Below, piece by piece: positions 10,901 through 18,691 of a DNA stretch of 37,677 nt (position 1 is its first letter; the number at the start of each line of letters is the position of its first letter). The stretch lies in assembly GCA_012964235.1 (NCBI GenBank), contig DTUJ01000157.1, forward strand, positions 1 to 37,677, given 5' to 3'. This DNA comes from Fidelibacterota bacterium. Lineage in GTDB: Bacteria; Fidelibacterota; Marinisomatia; Marinisomatales; UBA8229. A model generated the notes under the pieces. It ran no database searches, was not told the origin of the DNA, and was given only the letters and a program-made list of their open reading frames with translations. The position numbers were made by a program, and so were the translations under genes.

Positions 10901-11776
10901 ATGATCCCGAAAGAAATTCTGCAAAAAGTACGACGAATTGAAATCCGAACACGAGGGGTGGTAAATAATCTGTTTGGGGGAGAATACCATTCCGTTTTTA
11001 AGGGGAGAGGAATGACCTTTTCTGAGGTCCGTGAATACCAACCAGGAGATGATATCCGCCTTATTGATTGGAATGTGACGGCAAGAACTGGTTCACCATT
11101 TGTAAAGATATTTGAAGAAGAAAGAGAGTTGACTGTTTTTCTTTTGGTGGATGTGAGCCGCTCCGGTCATTTTGGAACTATTGAGAAATTCAAGACGGAA
11201 ATCGGAGCAGAAATCGGAGCTGTCCTCGGATTCTCAGCGATTAAAAACAATGACAAGGTTGGTGTGATTCTTTTTAGTGATGATGTTGAGAAATATATAG
11301 CTCCAAAGAAAGGGAAATCCCATGTATTGCGGGTTATACGAGAATTGCTGTATCATAAACCCCAGGGCAAAGGAACTTCCATAAACAAAGCTCTCGATTT
11401 TCTCCTCAAAATTTCAAAACGTCAAAGTGTTGTCTTTCTCATTTCTGATTTCCAGGATGATGGATACTGGAGAACACTTCGCATTGCAAACCGAAAGCAC
11501 GATTTAATTGGAATTTACCTTTTTGACCAATTAGAAGTTGAGTTTCCTGATATGGGTCTAGTAAAGGTTCATGATCCTGAAACAGAGAAGGAAGTGTGGA
11601 TTGATACACGTTCCTATCAGGAACGATTGAACTACAACCGTACTATGAAGGAAAGATTAGAAAAGCTGAAAAAGGAAAGTGAACGAATAAAATTTGATCT
11701 TATCACAGTTTCTACCACAGAAGATTATGTAGAGCCACTCATGTCCTTTTTTAAACAACGTGAAAAGCGGTTTTAA
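10901..11776 (+). CDS. DUF58 (VWA-like) protein, MoxR partner
   Basis: FSEVREYQPGDDIRLIDWNVTAR, VDVSRS and VFLISDF motifs; follows moxR. Confidence 0.93.
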   Translation: MIPKEILQKVRRIEIRTRGVVNNLFGGEYHSVFKGRGMTFSEVREYQPGDDIRLIDWNVTARTGSPFVKIFEEERELTVFLLVDVSRSGHFGTIEKFKTEIGAEIGAVLGFSAIKNNDKVGVILFSDDVEKYIAPKKGKSHVLRVIRELLYHKPQGKGTSINKALDFLLKISKRQSVVFLISDFQDDGYWRTLRIANRKHDLIGIYLFDQLEVEFPDMGLVKVHDPETEKEVWIDTRSYQERLNYNRTMKERLEKLKKESERIKFDLITVSTTEDYVEPLMSFFKQREKRF

Positions 11777-11784
11777 GTTATCTT

Positions 11785-12708
11785 ATGTATTACAGATTAT
11801 TTAGATATTTTTTTTGCTTGGTATGTATTTTATTTGTGATCAGTTGCAGCAAAGATTCTCAAATTGAATCATTTCATATAAAAGCAGAAGTGGATACTAC
11901 AAAGGCTACAATCGGCGATATTGTATCCCTGAGAATTATAGCTGAAGAATCTGACGGCCTGCATTTATCTTTCCCCGATATGGAAGATTCTGAATTCTTT
12001 GAAATTCGGCAGAAGCAGTATTTGAAAAAGGGAAAAGGAGTTGTATTTAACATTGTGTTTTGGGATACAGGTCGGCTTGAAATTCCACCTTATCCTATAG
12101 AAATTATGAAAGCTGATAATACCGTTGACTATATCATGGAGACTGATCCGTTTTTTATCACAGTCTACTCAACGATAAAAAATTCGGATGGTAAAGATTT
12201 GAAGCCAATTAAAGAGCCCGTCCCGGTTACCACACCAATTTCATACAGAAAAATTATTTTATCGATAGTCTTTCTTTTGCTGTTTGGATATATGGTTTAT
12301 CTTTGGACAAGGAGAATTCAAATTGAAAAGAGAAAAGAAATAATACAGAACATAATTCCTCCTCCGTATGAGGAAGCATTGGACAGTCTTGAGTTAATAA
12401 AAAAAGTTTGCGATGTAAAGAAATTTTATGTGGAATTATCCTATCTCCTTCGTAAATATGTTGAGTCAAGCATTTATATTAAAACCCTGGAAATGACAAC
12501 AGAAGAGATTGATTCTTACAGTTCATTAATTCAAATGGAAACATACCTTTTGAAAGAGTGGATAGAATTACTAAAACGATCTGACCTTATTAAATATGCG
12601 AAACAGATTCCTGAAGAAAATAAACGGGAAAATGATTTAGAATGGTCAAGACAATTTATTACTTTGACAAACAATTACTGGAGAAAACTTCAAGTAGGCG
12701 TGTCGTGA
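11785..12708 (+). CDS. Membrane-anchored exported protein of moxR-DUF58-bat operons
   Basis: Signal/lipobox (VISC), Ig-like N domain (VDTTKATIGD), DLKPIK.P, one TM helix, cytoplasmic PPYEEAL...YVELSYLLRKY...EMTTEE...DLIKYAK. Confidence 0.75.
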   Translation: MYYRLFRYFFCLVCILFVISCSKDSQIESFHIKAEVDTTKATIGDIVSLRIIAEESDGLHLSFPDMEDSEFFEIRQKQYLKKGKGVVFNIVFWDTGRLEIPPYPIEIMKADNTVDYIMETDPFFITVYSTIKNSDGKDLKPIKEPVPVTTPISYRKIILSIVFLLLFGYMVYLWTRRIQIEKRKEIIQNIIPPPYEEALDSLELIKKVCDVKKFYVELSYLLRKYVESSIYIKTLEMTTEEIDSYSSLIQMETYLLKEWIELLKRSDLIKYAKQIPEENKRENDLEWSRQFITLTNNYWRKLQVGVS

Positions 12709-12753
12709 GAATTAAAACAAAAAACACAAATGATGTGGAGAGAATTCGTAAAT

Positions 12754-12781
12754 TTGAATTCTTATTGGCAATCGGTAAATT
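12754..12781 (+). promoter_or_regulatory. Putative sigma70-type promoter for the efp-acc operon
   Basis: TTGAAT (12754-12759), 16 nt spacer, TAAATT (12776-12781). Confidence 0.35.
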
Positions 12782-12804
12782 ATTGTGAAAAATTAAGGAT
12801 AATT

Positions 12805-13365
12805 TTGGGTACAACAGCAGAGATTCGAAATAATGCAGTTCTTCTTCATAAGGGGAAAAGAATGAAAGTGTTGGAATTCCAACATGTAAAACCTGGAAAG
12901 GGAGGGGCTTTTGTCCGAACAAAGTTGAAGGATATTCAGACCGGTAAAATAATTGATGAAACCTTCAATGCCGGAGCTCGGATAGAAATTATACGAGTTG
13001 AGGTGAAGCCTATGCAATACCTGTATAATGATGGGGATTTTTTTATTTTTATGGATAATAAAACTTATGACCAGATAACTGTTTCTGAATCTACAATTAA
13101 TCGTGGAAAGGATTTTTTAGTGGCAGGGATGAATGTGGATTTATTATTTGATGGTCAGGAAATATTGGATATTCGTATTCCTGCTCATGTCGTTTTACAA
13201 GTTACTGACACAGAGCCGGGGTTTAAGGGGAATACAGCAACGGGTGCTACAAAACCAGCAACTTTGGAAACCGGATTTATAATTCAGGTACCTTTATTTG
13301 TGAGTTCTGATGACAAAATAAAAATTGATACCCGTACTGGTCAATATATAGAACGCGCAAAATAA
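12805..13365 (+). CDS. efp: Elongation factor P
   Basis: HVKPGKGGAFVRTKLK loop and KPATLETG..IQVPLF..DTRTG.Y motifs. The likely start is TTG 12805 after AAGGA (186 aa), not the ORF-track ATG at 12730. Confidence 0.95.
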   Translation: MGTTAEIRNNAVLLHKGKRMKVLEFQHVKPGKGGAFVRTKLKDIQTGKIIDETFNAGARIEIIRVEVKPMQYLYNDGDFFIFMDNKTYDQITVSESTINRGKDFLVAGMNVDLLFDGQEILDIRIPAHVVLQVTDTEPGFKGNTATGATKPATLETGFIIQVPLFVSSDDKIKIDTRTGQYIERAK

Positions 13366-13403
13366 TTTTATTAAACTTGTGAAAAAAGTAACTGGAGAAA
13401 CTT

Positions 13404-13868
13404 ATGTGGCAGGATAAGATAAAAGAAATTATTTATTTATTAGAAAATTCCACAGTGAATGAAATAGACTTAACCTTTTGGGGCCGCCGGTTCCGAGTGG
13501 TTAAAAGTCCACCAGAGGTATTGTCTGATGATCTTGATTCAGGTAGTACTGTACGTGTGGAGACACCAATTTCATCTGATGTTTCTGAACCTCCTTCTGA
13601 ATCGTCCCCAAAACTGCCAAAAGATGGAATTGAGGTTTTTTCACCTATGCCTGGAACTTTCTATCGATCTCCAGGCCCGGATAAAGATCCTTTTGTAAAA
13701 GAAGGTGATCAAGTGGATAAAGGAGACACTCTGTGTATTATCGAAGCAATGAAGATTATGAATGAGATTGAAGTGGAGTCCAACGGGGTTATTCAAAGTG
13801 TCTTAGTAAAAGATGGGGCACCAGTGGAATATGATCAACCGCTTTTTATTCTTAGCTCTTCATCCTGA
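13404..13868 (+). CDS. accB: Acetyl-CoA carboxylase biotin carboxyl carrier protein
   Basis: [11 protein letters not shown], biotinylation motif EAMKIMNEI, Pro/Ser-rich linker. Confidence 0.96.
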   Translation: MWQDKIKEIIYLLENSTVNEIDLTFWGRRFRVVKSPPEVLSDDLDSGSTVRVETPISSDVSEPPSESSPKLPKDGIEVFSPMPGTFYRSPGPDKDPFVKEGDQVDKGDTLCIIEAMKIMNEIEVESNGVIQSVLVKDGAPVEYDQPLFILSSSS

Positions 13869-13874
13869 GCCTGA

Positions 13875-15263
13875 ATGTTTAACAAAATACTGATTGCAAA
13901 CCGAGGCGAGATTGCCCTGCGGATTATTCGATCCTGCCATGAATTGGGGATAAAAACAGTTGCTGTGTATTCCACAGTTGATAAATTTTCCCTTCATGTA
14001 AGATTTGCCAATGAAGCGGTTTGTATCGGACCGGGTCCCAGTTCTGAAAGTTATTTGAATATACCGCGGATTATTGCAGCAGGCGAGATTACGAATGCTG
14101 ACGCAATTCATCCAGGATATGGATTTTTAGCAGAGAGTGCAGACTTTTCCCGAATTTGTCAAAAAAATGGTTTTTCCTTTATTGGTCCGTCCCCGGAAAT
14201 CATCAATGCAATGGGAGATAAAGCTCAGGCAAAAGCCACCATGGAAAAGGCTGGAGTGCAAGTTATTCCTGGCAGTGATGGAATACTCCCCGGTCCTACC
14301 GAAGCCAGTAAATTGGCAGAGAAGATGGGATATCCAGTCATGTTGAAAGCAACTGCTGGAGGAGGAGGAAGGGGCATGCGCCTAGTCCGTAATCCCGAAG
14401 AAATGGAGAAAATGTTCATTACAGCTCAATCCGAAGCAAATATAGCTTTTGAAAATGGGGATTTATACTTGGAAAAATTTATTGAAACCCCCCGTCATAT
14501 TGAAATTCAAATCATCGGGGATATCCATGGAAACGTTGCTCACCTTGGCGAGAGGGAGTGCTCTATTCAACGACGCCATCAGAAATTAGTGGAGGAATCT
14601 CCATCAGCGGTTGTAGATGTAGAATTAAGAAAACGAATGGGTGAGGCTGCTATCCATGGTGCAAAAAAAATTGGATACATCGGTGTTGGGACAATGGAGT
14701 TCCTTTTGGACAAGAAAAAAGAATTTTTCTTTATGGAAATGAACACACGGATTCAGGTTGAACATACGGTGACAGAGATGGTGACAGGGGCAGACCTGAT
14801 AAAACAGCAAATTCGTATGTATGCAGGTGAGAGGTATCCTGCCTATTTAGATACTTTACAGCTTCGTGGTCATTCCATCGAATGCAGGATTAATGCGGAA
14901 GACCCTGATAGAAATTTTATTCCATCTCCAGGAACAATTACCAGTTTTCATATGCCCGGAGGAAAAGGAGTTCGAGTAGATACACATTCCTATGTAGGAT
15001 ATGAAATACCAACAGATTATGATTCTCTGATAGCAAAACTTATTGTTCAAGCAAGTAACCGTGATCGTGCTATTAACAGGATGCAGTGCGCTCTGGAAGA
15101 GTGTATAATTGAAGGACCAAAAACAACTATTCCATTCCATGAAGCAATCATGCGTGATAAAGAATTCAAAAAAGGGAACTTTGATACAAGTTTTCTGGAA
15201 ACATTTGAATACAGCTCAAATGGAACAATTGAAAAGGTAGAAGAGGATAGGGAGCAGCATTGA
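13875..15263 (+). CDS. accC: Acetyl-CoA carboxylase biotin carboxylase subunit
   Basis: [38 protein letters not shown] and [10 protein letters not shown] motifs. Confidence 0.97.
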   Translation: MFNKILIANRGEIALRIIRSCHELGIKTVAVYSTVDKFSLHVRFANEAVCIGPGPSSESYLNIPRIIAAGEITNADAIHPGYGFLAESADFSRICQKNGFSFIGPSPEIINAMGDKAQAKATMEKAGVQVIPGSDGILPGPTEASKLAEKMGYPVMLKATAGGGGRGMRLVRNPEEMEKMFITAQSEANIAFENGDLYLEKFIETPRHIEIQIIGDIHGNVAHLGERECSIQRRHQKLVEESPSAVVDVELRKRMGEAAIHGAKKIGYIGVGTMEFLLDKKKEFFFMEMNTRIQVEHTVTEMVTGADLIKQQIRMYAGERYPAYLDTLQLRGHSIECRINAEDPDRNFIPSPGTITSFHMPGGKGVRVDTHSYVGYEIPTDYDSLIAKLIVQASNRDRAINRMQCALEECIIEGPKTTIPFHEAIMRDKEFKKGNFDTSFLETFEYSSNGTIEKVEEDREQH

Positions 15264-15637
15264 AGATTCCCCAAGATTTAGTATACACAAAAGAACATGA
15301 ATGGATTCAGGTTAATGACAATATTTTAACAATTGGAATTACTGATTTTGCCCAAGGAGAGTTGGGGGATATAATTTTTGTAGAATTCCCAGAAATTGGT
15401 GAGGAATTCCAAAAAGATGATCCCTTCGGGACCATAGAAGCTGTTAAAACAGTCGCGGACATTTTCGCTCCGGTGCAAGGAAAAATAATTGAGATCAATC
15501 ATGATATTGAAAATTCTCCAGAGGTCATTAATACGGATCCTTATGGAGATGGATGGTTGGTGAAGATTGAGATAACAGAACATATGGTTAGTGATGGATT
15601 ATTGTCACCGGAAGATTATGAATTATTGCTGAGTTAG
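15260..15637 (+). CDS. gcvH: Glycine cleavage system H protein (lipoyl carrier)
   Basis: [19 protein letters not shown], lipoyl-Lys EAVKT and NTDPYGDGW motifs. TTG start overlaps the accC stop (TTGA). Confidence 0.96.
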   Translation: MKIPQDLVYTKEHEWIQVNDNILTIGITDFAQGELGDIIFVEFPEIGEEFQKDDPFGTIEAVKTVADIFAPVQGKIIEINHDIENSPEVINTDPYGDGWLVKIEITEHMVSDGLLSPEDYELLLS

Positions 15638-16387
15638 ATGAAAAATATTTACAAATATTTGTTAGAGACTTGTGAAAGAAAAGGAGCTGGACATATTGTT
15701 CTGATCGATCCGGACCGAAAAAATGACGGGTCATTTGAAACCTATGTAGAGATTGTAAATAATTCTGGCGCAGATGCAATTTTCATCGGTGGGAGTCTAA
15801 TGATGGATGGACAGTTCCATGAAAGGGTGGCAAAGATAAAAGCACTGTCCAATGTTCCCATTATATTTTTTCCCGGTGGTGCAAACCAACTGAATGAACA
15901 TTATGATGCCATCCTTTTCATGTCTCTTCTTTCTGGACGGAATCCCCAATATTTAATTGGTGAGCAGGTAGTGTCAGCACCAATTATCAGTGATTTGAAG
16001 ATCGAAACGATTCCCACTGGTTATCTTCTGCTTGATGGAGGTGGAAAATCTACCGTGGAATTTATGAGTGCGTCACATCCCATTCCATTGAATCGTACTG
16101 ATATAACAGAAGCTCATGCCTTGGCAGCTCAGTATCTTGGTATGAAACTTGTTTATTTGGAAGCCGGCAGTGGAGCACAAACCCCGGTTCCGACCGAAAC
16201 AATTCAAACGCTATCTGAAAAAGTGGATATACCTTTGATTGTAGGTGGCGGGATCCGGACACCGGAAGATGCTGAGAAACGTGTGCGCTCCGGTGCTAGT
16301 TTTATCGTAACCGGAACAGTGCTGGAAACATCCGACAGTTCCTCTCTGATGCAAGAACTTGCAAGTGCGATTCATGTAAAGGAATAA
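15638..16387 (+). CDS. Geranylgeranylglyceryl/heptaprenylglyceryl phosphate synthase (PcrB/GGGPS family, group II-like)
   Basis: LIDPD, GGS, FPG, SLLSGRNPQYLIG, G1P-binding YLEAGSGA, VGGGIR and VTGT motifs. Confidence 0.93.
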   Translation: MKNIYKYLLETCERKGAGHIVLIDPDRKNDGSFETYVEIVNNSGADAIFIGGSLMMDGQFHERVAKIKALSNVPIIFFPGGANQLNEHYDAILFMSLLSGRNPQYLIGEQVVSAPIISDLKIETIPTGYLLLDGGGKSTVEFMSASHPIPLNRTDITEAHALAAQYLGMKLVYLEAGSGAQTPVPTETIQTLSEKVDIPLIVGGGIRTPEDAEKRVRSGASFIVTGTVLETSDSSSLMQELASAIHVKE

Positions 16388-16389
16388 AG

Positions 16390-16965
16390 ATGACAATCAG
16401 AGAAAATATTGCAAGGCAATTGGTTGAAAGTGCTGAAACAAAAAAGGAGATGGTAGAATTATGCCTGTCCGATATTGAAAAGGCAGCAGAATTAATGATT
16501 GGAGCAGTACAAAAGAAGAAGAAAATTCTCTGGTGTGGAAATGGAGGAAGTGCTGCCCAGTGCCAACACCTTTCAACTGAATTGGTTGGGGGTCTTCGGT
16601 CTCATGACCGTAAAGCAATTCCATCAGTTTCTCTGACAACGGATTCTTCCCTTTTGACAGCATGGACGAATGATTCCGATTTTGAAACGGTATTTTCCCG
16701 ACAGGTAGAAGCTCTGGGAGAAGCAGGGGATGTTTTAGTTGCTCTCTCTACCAGTGGAAATTCTAAAAATGTAATTGAAGCTGTCAAATGTGCAGATACT
16801 ATGGGCATTCACTCTATTGTTTTAACGGGGAAATCCGGTGGATTATTATCAAACGGCGGGTCAGTGACAATCCGAATTCCAAGTGATGATACACAACGCA
16901 TCCAAGAAGGACATATTACCGCAGGGCACATTCTTTGCGAGTTAGTGGAAAATTCAATCAGGTGA
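16390..16965 (+). CDS. gmhA: D-sedoheptulose-7-phosphate isomerase (SIS domain)
   Basis: GNGGSAA..QHLSTE, FSRQVEALG, STSGNS.NV and RIQEGH...GH motifs. Confidence 0.88.
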   Translation: MTIRENIARQLVESAETKKEMVELCLSDIEKAAELMIGAVQKKKKILWCGNGGSAAQCQHLSTELVGGLRSHDRKAIPSVSLTTDSSLLTAWTNDSDFETVFSRQVEALGEAGDVLVALSTSGNSKNVIEAVKCADTMGIHSIVLTGKSGGLLSNGGSVTIRIPSDDTQRIQEGHITAGHILCELVENSIR

Positions 16966-16988
16966 AATGAATTTTGGTTTGAGTTTTT

Positions 16989-17894
16989 ATGGAAACATAT
17001 CTTGAAGATTACATCACTATGCTTCGTGTTGAAAAGAATTTATCCCCCAAATCTATTGAAGCCTATAAGAGAGACTTGACACGGTACATAGATTTTCTGG
17101 AAGAGGAAAAGGATATAAACAATTTGGAGGAAATTAGCCCGAAGCATATTCGGGGGTTCATTCGTGTCCTGAACGATGCTCACTTGGCACCAGCAAGTAT
17201 CACCAGGGCTTTTTCTTCCATAAGGTCTTATCATTCCTTTTTGTCTGGAGAAAATTTAGTACAGCAAAATCCTTCCCAATTGCTGGATGCACCTAAACCA
17301 TCCCGGAAGCTACCAGTAGTCTTGGCGGTAGAAGAAGTCAATAGAATCCTTGGTGTTATTGATACTGCTAAATCCCTTGGAAGACGAGATCTGGCAATTT
17401 TGGAAGTCCTTTATTCAGCTGGAGTGAGAGTAAGTGAATTGTGTGATTTAAGAATGATAGATTTATTTTTGGATTCGGAAACGATTCGAGTGACTGGCAA
17501 GGGCAACAAAGAGCGCCTTGTGCCCATAGGTCCCTTGGCACGGGAATGCATAAATAATTACCTGAAATATGAAAGACCAACCTTATCAAAAAAAGATAAG
17601 AACCTTGGAAAAATATTCCTCAGCAGGAATGGACGACCACTAACACGCATGGCGGTGAACATCATTTTTAACAAATGGGTTAAAGCTTCTGGAATCAAGA
17701 GAAAAGTGAGTCCCCATACATTTAGACATTCATTTGCCACTCATCTTTTGGAAAGGGGAGCCGATCTTCGTGTTGTACAGGAAATGCTGGGACATGTAGA
17801 TATTTCTACGACCCAAATATATACTCACCTGGATAAAGAACACTTGAAAGAAGTTCATCGAACATTTCATCCATTTGAGAAAAAGGGAAAATAA
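16989..17894 (+). CDS. xerD: Tyrosine recombinase XerD
   Basis: SAM-like N domain (AYKRDL), LYSAGVRVSEL, GKGNKER, HTFRHSFATHLL and LGHVDISTTQIYTH motifs. Confidence 0.9.
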   Translation: METYLEDYITMLRVEKNLSPKSIEAYKRDLTRYIDFLEEEKDINNLEEISPKHIRGFIRVLNDAHLAPASITRAFSSIRSYHSFLSGENLVQQNPSQLLDAPKPSRKLPVVLAVEEVNRILGVIDTAKSLGRRDLAILEVLYSAGVRVSELCDLRMIDLFLDSETIRVTGKGNKERLVPIGPLARECINNYLKYERPTLSKKDKNLGKIFLSRNGRPLTRMAVNIIFNKWVKASGIKRKVSPHTFRHSFATHLLERGADLRVVQEMLGHVDISTTQIYTHLDKEHLKEVHRTFHPFEKKGK

Positions 17895-17913
17895 TAAAAA
17901 GGGAATTTCATAA

Positions 17914-18552
17914 ATGGGAATCTACAGTTTAGATCCCTCAGTACAGGCTATACTAATTCCTGTTTTGGTATTTGCTTTAAGTTTCCATGAGTTTGCCCAC
18001 GGTTGGATGGCTAATCGTCTTGGTGACCCAACTGCTAAGCACCAGGGGCGGTTGACTCTGAATCCGCTTGCTCATCTCGATCTGATGGGTACTCTTATGT
18101 TGTATTTTGCAGGATTTGGTTGGGCAAAACCAGTACCGGTGAATGGAGGAAATTTAGTCAGCCCGCGGACGGATATGATAAAAATTGCTTTTGCGGGCCC
18201 GGCGTCCAATTTGCTATTAGCAGTGATCGGGGGTGTCCTGCTTCGCATATTAATAGGATCATCCTTGTTTCATGAAACAATTATTGTGACGCTAATTTTT
18301 TTCACTCAGATTAATATTGCTCTGGCAGTGTTCAACCTGATTCCTATTCCACCTTTGGATGGTTCACAGATTTTTTCCGGATATATGTTGAATCGCAATC
18401 CAGACCTGGTGATGAAACTTCAGGCTTATGGACCGCAAATATTGTTCGGGATTATCTTGATTGGGTACTTTACTGGGTTTTCAGTAATCTGGATGATCAT
18501 GGGACCCTTGGTGAAAATGTTCATGTTTCTGTTTTCAGGAATTACCCTTTGA
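17914..18552 (+). CDS. Site-2 protease (M50 family intramembrane metalloprotease)
   Basis: HEFAH zinc motif, LGDPT, NPLAHLD, AGPASN and NLIPIPPLDG motifs. Confidence 0.94.
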   Translation: MGIYSLDPSVQAILIPVLVFALSFHEFAHGWMANRLGDPTAKHQGRLTLNPLAHLDLMGTLMLYFAGFGWAKPVPVNGGNLVSPRTDMIKIAFAGPASNLLLAVIGGVLLRILIGSSLFHETIIVTLIFFTQINIALAVFNLIPIPPLDGSQIFSGYMLNRNPDLVMKLQAYGPQILFGIILIGYFTGFSVIWMIMGPLVKMFMFLFSGITL

Positions 18553-18686
18553 AACAGAACAGATATTTTCGCAGGATACTTCCTGACAGGCTGGTGAAAC
18601 GTCGTTCCTTGGTTTGGTTGGGGATTATGTTTTTCCTCGTTCTGTATTGTATGTTCTATCTGAAAACGATAGCTCTAGAAGGATAG
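18549..18686 (+). CDS. Putative 45-aa single-pass membrane protein (not in ORF track)
   Basis: TTG start overlaps the protease stop (TTGA), with AGGA 8 nt upstream. Translation MKQNRYFRRILPDRLVKRRSLVWLGIMFFLVLYCMFYLKTIALEG; ends 5 nt before the ftcd ATG. Confidence 0.6.
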   Translation: MKQNRYFRRILPDRLVKRRSLVWLGIMFFLVLYCMFYLKTIALEG

Positions 18687-18691
18687 AAATA

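Noticed and set aside
12730-12804. 25-aa N-terminal extension of EF-P
   Set aside because: Homology begins at TTG 12805, which has an SD; the extension overlaps the predicted promoter.
16989-17894. Tyrosine recombinase as a phage or island integrase
   Set aside because: XerD-like length and motifs, embedded in housekeeping genes; no att repeats, tRNA or cargo genes.
18614-18691. 26-aa N-terminal extension of FTCD
   Set aside because: The family N-terminus (LVECVPNFSEG) follows ATG 18692; the region is better explained by the 45-aa sORF in another frame.
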